Positions 58,293 through 64,000 of a stretch of 64,000 nucleotides of DNA are shown here, one piece after another. Source of the DNA: an uncultured virus (IMG/VR IMGVR_UViG_3300031578_000015) (taxonomy: Duplodnaviria > Heunggongvirae > Uroviricota > Caudoviricetes). The stretch lies in IMG/VR virus record IMGVR_UViG_3300031578_000015; one strand, 5' to 3'. Made by a program: the position numbers and the translations under genes. The notes under the pieces were generated by a model. That model saw only the letters and a list, made by a program, of their open reading frames with translations. It had not been told where the DNA came from and did no database searches. Position 1 is the first letter of the stretch; each line of letters opens with the position of its first letter.

Positions 58293-58678
58293 TGAAAGTT
58301 GAAGATTTAGATGTACTTAGACCTGAACCAAGAATAGTCCATATAGGGGGCAAGGATATTGACGTATCCTTTGTTCCTTGTGGAATTACTTTTGATGTAG
58401 ATGCAATTGTAAGAGAACTGCAAGGAATGGATCAAAATAAATTGTTAGAAAATGGACTTGAAACTAAAAGGGCTTTTGAATTATCTGTAGAATTGTGTTC
58501 AGTATTTTGTTCACATAATTATCCTGAATTAGATAAAGAGTGGTTTTTTCAAAATACTGATGCAAATCAGATAAAACAATTTTCAACTGCTATTAAAGAT
58601 GCTCTAGTTAAAGCTTATGCTGGAATAGAGAATAATTCAAAAAATCAGAGGGCTCCCAAGATGAAGGAGAACAAGTAA
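58292..58678 (+). CDS. tail assembly chaperone (gpG-like)
   Basis: Position and slippery site near the 3' end. Confidence 0.8.
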   Translation: MKVEDLDVLRPEPRIVHIGGKDIDVSFVPCGITFDVDAIVRELQGMDQNKLLENGLETKRAFELSVELCSVFCSHNYPELDKEWFFQNTDANQIKQFSTAIKDALVKAYAGIENNSKNQRAPKMKENK

Positions 58679-58693
58679 TTCATCTTGGGAGCC
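58639..58693 (+). promoter_or_regulatory. programmed -1 frameshift signal: A AAA AAT plus 15-bp stem
   Basis: Slippery heptamer 58639-58645; stem 58651-58665/58679-58693. Confidence 0.85.
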
Positions 58694-58701
58694 TATTTAC
58701 A

Positions 58702-58947
58702 ATGATGGCTTTTTTATATTCATGGGCGACTAAAGAATATTTATTGTGGAATATGACAATTGGGCAAATAATTATGTATCATAATAGAGGCGTAGATTTA
58801 AAATGGCCTGATCCTAACAAGACTTCAAATGGCCCTGGATTATTGAATAAAAGTGCATCTGAATTAAGAAGAATGCGCGATGAATATAGGACACAAGTAG
58901 ATTTAAAAAAGAAACAATTGACAGAAAAATATGGAGATATAGGATGA
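58702..58947 (+). CDS. tail chaperone extension (gpT-like), reached by -1 frameshift
   Basis: The -1 frame is open from the slippery site into this ORF. Confidence 0.8.
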   Translation: MMAFLYSWATKEYLLWNMTIGQIIMYHNRGVDLKWPDPNKTSNGPGLLNKSASELRRMRDEYRTQVDLKKKQLTEKYGDIG

Positions 58948-58968
58948 TAAACAAACAAGGAAATCTCC

Positions 58969-61900
58969 ATGGCTAACACACTCGGAGATATGGTTGTTGC
59001 CATAACTGGCGATACTAGTAATTTTAATCTTTCTATAGATGCAGCTGGAAAAAAGTTGGATTTACTCGCGCAAATAACTGCTAAAAGTGCAGTTGAAATG
59101 TCTACATCATTTAAAAAAATAGATAATGAAGCAAAATTATGGGGTAATAGTACTGATTTAATAGCACAAAAACAAAAAGCCTTGAAAGATGAAATGACTA
59201 ATTTAATGAATCAAGGTTTTGATCCCATGAGTGCTAAAGTACAAAGTTTAAAAACTCAATATAGCGCTTTAGGTGATGAGGCTTTAGCATTAGAAAAGAG
59301 TCAAGTATCATTAAAGAATAATCTAAAAGAATTTGGTTCACTCATGACTGGATTAGGCGTTGGATTAACGGCAGGTGTGACTGTACCTATAATTGGTATG
59401 GCTAAAGCTGCTATTGCTTCTTCCGCGCAAATGGAAATGCTTCAGGCATCATTTACTACCTTTTTAGGTAGCGCAGACCAAGCCGCAGTATTAATGAATA
59501 ATTTAATTCAAATGGCTGCTAAAACACCATTTGTAACTACAGATTTAGCTAGTGGTGCTAAAATGCTATTGCAATATGGTATTGCTACTCAAGATGTAAT
59601 TCCTGATTTGAAGATGCTAGGTGATGTATCTTCGGGCAATACTGAAATATTTAATAGATTAGTTTATGCTTTTGGACAAATAAATTCAACTGGCAGATTA
59701 ATGGGTCAAGATTTGCGTCAAATGACTGAGGCAGGATTCAACCCATTATATATAATAAGTCAAAAAACTGGGGAAAGTTTTCAATCATTACAAAAAAGAA
59801 TGGCTGCTGGTGGAATATCTGCCGGTGAAGTTACTAAAGCATTTAAAATTGCTACAAGTGAAGGTGGAAAATTTTACCAGGGAATGGAAAGAGGAAGTTT
59901 AACATTTACAGGATTGGTTTCTACTTTAAAAGATAATATAGGAATAATGGGGAGATCAATAACAGATCAATTTATACCTGGATTAAAAGAAATAATTAAA
60001 TCATTGAGTGGAATGGCTCAATGGCTTACGGCATTAGATCCAAGTACAAAATCATTTATAGTTATTATGGGGGCATTTGCAGCTGCCGCTGGCCCTGTTG
60101 CATTAGGCATAGGATTGATTTCTAGTGCAATTGCTACAATGGATGTTGCAACTAAATCATTAATGCTTACTACAGGTCCAGTTATTTTAGCTATTGGGGC
60201 AGTTGTTGCTTTAGTAGCATTAATTGGTACAAAAGCTGCTGAATCTAAAAAACAATTAGATGATTTATCCACTGCCACATCGAAGATAGGAACATCTGAT
60301 CCAGCCATATTGAATAATGCATTGGTTGAAGTAAATAAACAGATACAGGCACAAAAAGATTTGATTGGTTTAGCAAAAATGAGAAAAGAATCTTTAGCTG
60401 CCGTTCCTGATTTAGAAAAAAAGTTAGCAGATTTAGAGCAAACTAGAATAGGGATATCTAGTACATTATTCCAAGTATTAAAGAAAGGAGAAAATTCTAA
60501 TTTAACTGATGTTCAAACATCTATTGAAAAAGAAGATGAATGGACTACAAAAAGAAAGGCTGCTGAAGCTGCATTAGCACATGAATATGCCTTGATCGAT
60601 GAAAAGCAAAAAGCTGCATATATCAGTGGTGAAGCTTATGATGCTCAATCTGAAAAAAGAAAAGCGTTATTAGAACTTTTAAATAAAATGCTAGAACAAG
60701 GCTTTACCGTACAAGGTGCTGGATACCAAACTATTCTGCAAGCTAATTTAGATGTAATGAACGGTGAAGAAGCTCGTTATGAAGCACTAAATAGAATGGG
60801 CAAGGAATATGCTGATAGCCAAATAGAAAATAATGCCAAAATAGCTACTGCTGAACAAGCCCAAGGCCAAGCATTAGAAGTTCAAGGTCAAACATATATT
60901 GATAATCAAAATAGAATAAAAGTAGCAGAACAAGCTAAATGGAATGCCTTAAATAAGATGGGACAAGATTACATAGATAATGAAAATAAGACAATTAATC
61001 TATCATTAGATATTGCTACTACAACATTATCTGCTATGGATGCTATAAAAAATGGAATTAATTCTAAAGATCCCTTAGGTGGATTGATTAAAACTATAGA
61101 AACTGTAACGGCTTCTATGGGACCTGAAGGTAAATTAGTAAGTACTATAATGCAAATTGGCACTTCATTTGTCGATATAATGAGATCATTAAATGATGAT
61201 ATTCAAGGAATATTGGGCAATTCCACTAAAGAAACACAAGATTTTGCCATGAATATAATGAATATAAATGAACAAATACTTAATGCTAAAATGCAAAATA
61301 ATAGGGATCAATTGGCGGATGATCTTGCATTACTTGGTGTTGAAGAACAAACCGCTCTTGAAGATGCCGGATTTAAAACTAAAACCGCGGAAGAACAATT
61401 ACAAGATCAATTAGCAACTGCTATAAAAAATGGTGATCTTGCAACTCAAGCAACCTTAAAGAATGAAATAGCTAAACAAAAAATAATTGATACTTATGAA
61501 GCCAAAAAAGCTGAGGCACAAGATATTGCTGATGCTGCATATAAAAAAATGGTGCATGATAAGGCTATACTAGATCAAAAAATTGCAATTGCACAAACAG
61601 AAATAGCAAAACAAGAATCAATTGCCAAATTACCATGGTGGGATTTTTTAACAGGTTGGAGCCAAAGAAAACAATTAGATAGTTTATATACTGATTTAAT
61701 TTCTGCAATACAAGCAACACCAATCCCTGCTGCTGCAAATGGTGCAATAGTTAATCCTACTCCTGGCGGGACGGTGATTCGTGTTGCAGAAGCTGATCAA
61801 CCAGAAGTTATTTTCCCATTAGATAGATTGGAAAGTTTCTTATCAAAAGGATTCAACACAAATAATATGAACACTAATGAAAATGAAGGGAATATAAATC

Positions 61901-61995
61901 TAGTTGTTACTCTTGATAGTAAACCATTCTTGGATAAGATATTTCCAGCAACTAAAAACAGAACTGTATTAATTAGTCAAGGAGCAGTAGTATGA
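58969..61995 (+). CDS. tape measure protein
   Basis: LGDMVVAITGD, AAKTPF, LGDVSSG, GRLMGQDLRQM, STLKDN; 1008 aa. Confidence 0.93.
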   Translation: MANTLGDMVVAITGDTSNFNLSIDAAGKKLDLLAQITAKSAVEMSTSFKKIDNEAKLWGNSTDLIAQKQKALKDEMTNLMNQGFDPMSAKVQSLKTQYSALGDEALALEKSQVSLKNNLKEFGSLMTGLGVGLTAGVTVPIIGMAKAAIASSAQMEMLQASFTTFLGSADQAAVLMNNLIQMAAKTPFVTTDLASGAKMLLQYGIATQDVIPDLKMLGDVSSGNTEIFNRLVYAFGQINSTGRLMGQDLRQMTEAGFNPLYIISQKTGESFQSLQKRMAAGGISAGEVTKAFKIATSEGGKFYQGMERGSLTFTGLVSTLKDNIGIMGRSITDQFIPGLKEIIKSLSGMAQWLTALDPSTKSFIVIMGAFAAAAGPVALGIGLISSAIATMDVATKSLMLTTGPVILAIGAVVALVALIGTKAAESKKQLDDLSTATSKIGTSDPAILNNALVEVNKQIQAQKDLIGLAKMRKESLAAVPDLEKKLADLEQTRIGISSTLFQVLKKGENSNLTDVQTSIEKEDEWTTKRKAAEAALAHEYALIDEKQKAAYISGEAYDAQSEKRKALLELLNKMLEQGFTVQGAGYQTILQANLDVMNGEEARYEALNRMGKEYADSQIENNAKIATAEQAQGQALEVQGQTYIDNQNRIKVAEQAKWNALNKMGQDYIDNENKTINLSLDIATTTLSAMDAIKNGINSKDPLGGLIKTIETVTASMGPEGKLVSTIMQIGTSFVDIMRSLNDDIQGILGNSTKETQDFAMNIMNINEQILNAKMQNNRDQLADDLALLGVEEQTALEDAGFKTKTAEEQLQDQLATAIKNGDLATQATLKNEIAKQKIIDTYEAKKAEAQDIADAAYKKMVHDKAILDQKIAIAQTEIAKQESIAKLPWWDFLTGWSQRKQLDSLYTDLISAIQATPIPAAANGAIVNPTPGGTVIRVAEADQPEVIFPLDRLESFLSKGFNTNNMNTNENEGNINLVVTLDSKPFLDKIFPATKNRTVLISQGAVV

Positions 61996-63650
61996 GAATA
62001 GCATATGAAAATATTATTGATGATTTAAATGCCTCAACGTTGACTGCTTTAACTACTGCAACTGGATATTCTATATTAGATGTTCAAGATCAGAGATTGA
62101 CCACTCAATGGCGAAGCGGTTCTTTTGTTGTGGGGGCATCTGCACAAACTATAACTATTGACTTTGGTTCCGCTAAAAAAATAAATACTGTTGCTATTTT
62201 AGGGCATGATCTATCTTTAGGCGAATTCCAAAATATTCAGCGTTTAGGATCAGAAATATATGTTCAAAGTTTAGCTTCGTTAGGATCAGGAATAGTAATA
62301 GCCGGTACTGCCGCTACTGGGCAAATATATAGATCATTGGATTCCGGCTCTAGTTGGACTAATATTCAGCGTTTAGGATCAGAAACACAGATATTAAGTT
62401 TAGTATCGTTAGGATCAGGGATAGTAATAGCCGGTACTTATCCTACTGGGCAAATATATAGATCATTGGATTCTGGTTCTAGTTGGACTAATATTCAGCG
62501 TTTAGGATCAGAAACACAGATATTAAGTTTAGTATCGTTAGGATCAGGGATAGTGATAGCTGGTACTGGAGCAACAGGTCAAATATACAGATCATTGGAT
62601 TCTGGTTCTAGTTGGACTAATATTCAGCGTTTAGGATCAGAAACATATGTATATAGTTTAGCTTCGTTAGGATCAGGAATAGTAATAGCTGGTACTGCCA
62701 CTACTGGGCAAATATATAGATCATTGGATTCTGGTTCTAGTTGGGCTAATATTCAGCGTTTAGGATCAGAAACATATGTTAATAGTTTAGCATCATTAGG
62801 ATCAGGAATAGTAATAGCTGGTACTGCCACTACTGGTCAAATATACAGATCATTGGATTCTGGTTCTAGTTGGACTAATATTCAGCGTTTAGGATCAGAA
62901 ACATATGTTAATAGTTTAGCATCATTAGGATCAGGAATAGTAATAGCTGGTACTGCCACTACTGGGCAAATATATAGATCATTGGATTCCGGCTCTAGTT
63001 GGACTAATATTCAGCGTTTAGGATCAGAAACACAGGTGCCGAGTTTAGTATCGCTAGGATCAGGAATAGTAATAGCTGGTACTGGAGCAACAGGTCAAAT
63101 ATATAAGTCGGAATTATATATCACAATTATGGGAAATGCTGTGAATTCATGGACTGCACCATCTGTTATTGAAACATTATCATGGAATGAAGGTGCAATA
63201 CTTAAATTTATAACTGATGCGCATTATCAATATTGGAGATTTTCAATAGCAAACTCTAGTAATTCTAATGGTTATGTACAAATAGGCAGATTATGGTTAG
63301 GAGATTATATTACCATTGATCCTTCATCATTATTAGATTTTAAAGTAATAAAGAAAAGATCAGATCAGGTTATTTATGGACGCAATAGACAAAAATGGGC
63401 AAATATAGGAGTAGGATGGAGACAATTTACATTTAATTTTCCACCTACACAAGAAGCTACATTACAACTAATTCAAAATATGTATGATACTGTAGGCAAT
63501 CATAGTTCATTTATTTTCTGTAATTTCGATACCATTCGCGATTATAAATTAGTAGAGCCTTGTTATGTATCAATAAATGGGGATTTAACTTTCTCACATG
63601 ATAATAGAATGAAGTTTACTTATCAATTAATTATGGAAGAGGATAAATAA
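61992..63650 (+). CDS. tail protein with inserted seven-repeat Asp-box (BNR) beta-propeller
   Basis: Follows the tape measure gene; YRSLDSGSSW Asp-box in the repeats; flanks include QYWRF and QIGRLWLG. Confidence 0.8.
   Translation: MRIAYENIIDDLNASTLTALTTATGYSILDVQDQRLTTQWRSGSFVVGASAQTITIDFGSAKKINTVAILGHDLSLGEFQNIQRLGSEIYVQSLASLGSGIVIAGTAATGQIYRSLDSGSSWTNIQRLGSETQILSLVSLGSGIVIAGTYPTGQIYRSLDSGSSWTNIQRLGSETQILSLVSLGSGIVIAGTGATGQIYRSLDSGSSWTNIQRLGSETYVYSLASLGSGIVIAGTATTGQIYRSLDSGSSWANIQRLGSETYVNSLASLGSGIVIAGTATTGQIYRSLDSGSSWTNIQRLGSETYVNSLASLGSGIVIAGTATTGQIYRSLDSGSSWTNIQRLGSETQVPSLVSLGSGIVIAGTGATGQIYKSELYITIMGNAVNSWTAPSVIETLSWNEGAILKFITDAHYQYWRFSIANSSNSNGYVQIGRLWLGDYITIDPSSLLDFKVIKKRSDQVIYGRNRQKWANIGVGWRQFTFNFPPTQEATLQLIQNMYDTVGNHSSFIFCNFDTIRDYKLVEPCYVSINGDLTFSHDNRMKFTYQLIMEEDK
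62232..63110 (+). repeat. seven tandem 129-bp (43-aa) repeats, last one partial
   Basis: AATATTCAGCGTTTAGGATCAG recurs every 129 bp from 62232. Confidence 0.95.
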
Positions 63651-64000
63651 TGTCTTTTTCGACTGATATTACAAAATCAGTTTCTGATTTTAGAATATTG
63701 ATTCATGTCGATAGCAAGGATGGAAATTATGCCGGAAGATTTTCATTTGATTCTTTTACTCCAATAGGTAGTGTAGTTCCTTACGATGGAAGAGTTCGTC
63801 AGGCACCCAGTATTTCAATTAATAGAGACTCTAATCAATTTGGAATATTAGTGTATTCCTCATCTGGTTTTACATTAAATAATGCTGATGGTTTATTTGA
63901 TACATTGATTGAAAACTATAATGTGATTGGTGCTACTTTTAGATTATATATAGGTTATGTTGATTTGAATATTTCAGAATATGTAAATATATATACTGGG
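63650..64000 (+). CDS. tail protein, N-terminal part (runs off window end)
   Basis: Manual translation MSFSTDITKS...FTLNNADGLFD...YIGY, open to the window end. Confidence 0.7.
   Translation, partial: MSFSTDITKSVSDFRILIHVDSKDGNYAGRFSFDSFTPIGSVVPYDGRVRQAPSISINRDSNQFGILVYSSSGFTLNNADGLFDTLIENYNVIGATFRLYIGYVDLNISEYVNIYTG

Noticed and set aside
62232..63110. CRISPR array or diversity-generating retroelement target
   Set aside because: The repeats are in-frame coding units without unique spacers, and no cas gene, reverse transcriptase or template repeat is in the window.
1..64000. Genome-wide stop-codon reassignment
   Set aside because: Long genes are intact in the standard code, and TAA, TAG and TGA all end genes; only one internal TAG was noticed.

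Overview
This window is an AT-rich slice of a large tailed dsDNA phage with siphovirus-type morphogenesis genes. No integrase, lysis genes or genome end are visible. The left arm (1-29.6 kb, minus strand) encodes a self-contained replication/recombination set: RecA-like recombinase, gp32-like SSB, UvsY-like mediator, DnaX clamp loader, family-A polymerase, two beta-clamp-like proteins, DnaB helicase, primase and SNF2 helicase. It also carries RtcB, a sigma-like protein, tRNA-Leu(UAA), tRNA-Ile(UAU) and an early module with repeated promoters. The right arm (29.7-64 kb, plus strand) encodes a split SbcC with SbcD, an accessory region, and the terminase-portal-capsid-tail genes. The most striking candidate system is a phage-encoded sugar ABC importer (binding protein, two permeases, a possible outer-membrane protein) followed by a CMP-nonulosonate synthetase and a Maf-type glycosyltransferase. 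This suggests an import-activate-transfer route for sialic-acid-like sugars. Other notable items: two sequence-unrelated RNA leaders with the same double-pseudoknot topology; a GIY-YIG cassette that displaced the 5' end of a helicase gene; an intein in a virion neck protein; a four-copy ~125-bp intergenic element; an ATT start for dnaX; a -1 frameshift in the tail chaperone; and a seven-repeat Asp-box propeller in a tail protein. All calls come from reading motifs by eye; no database searches were run. A diderm, possibly spirochaetal, host is inferred only.
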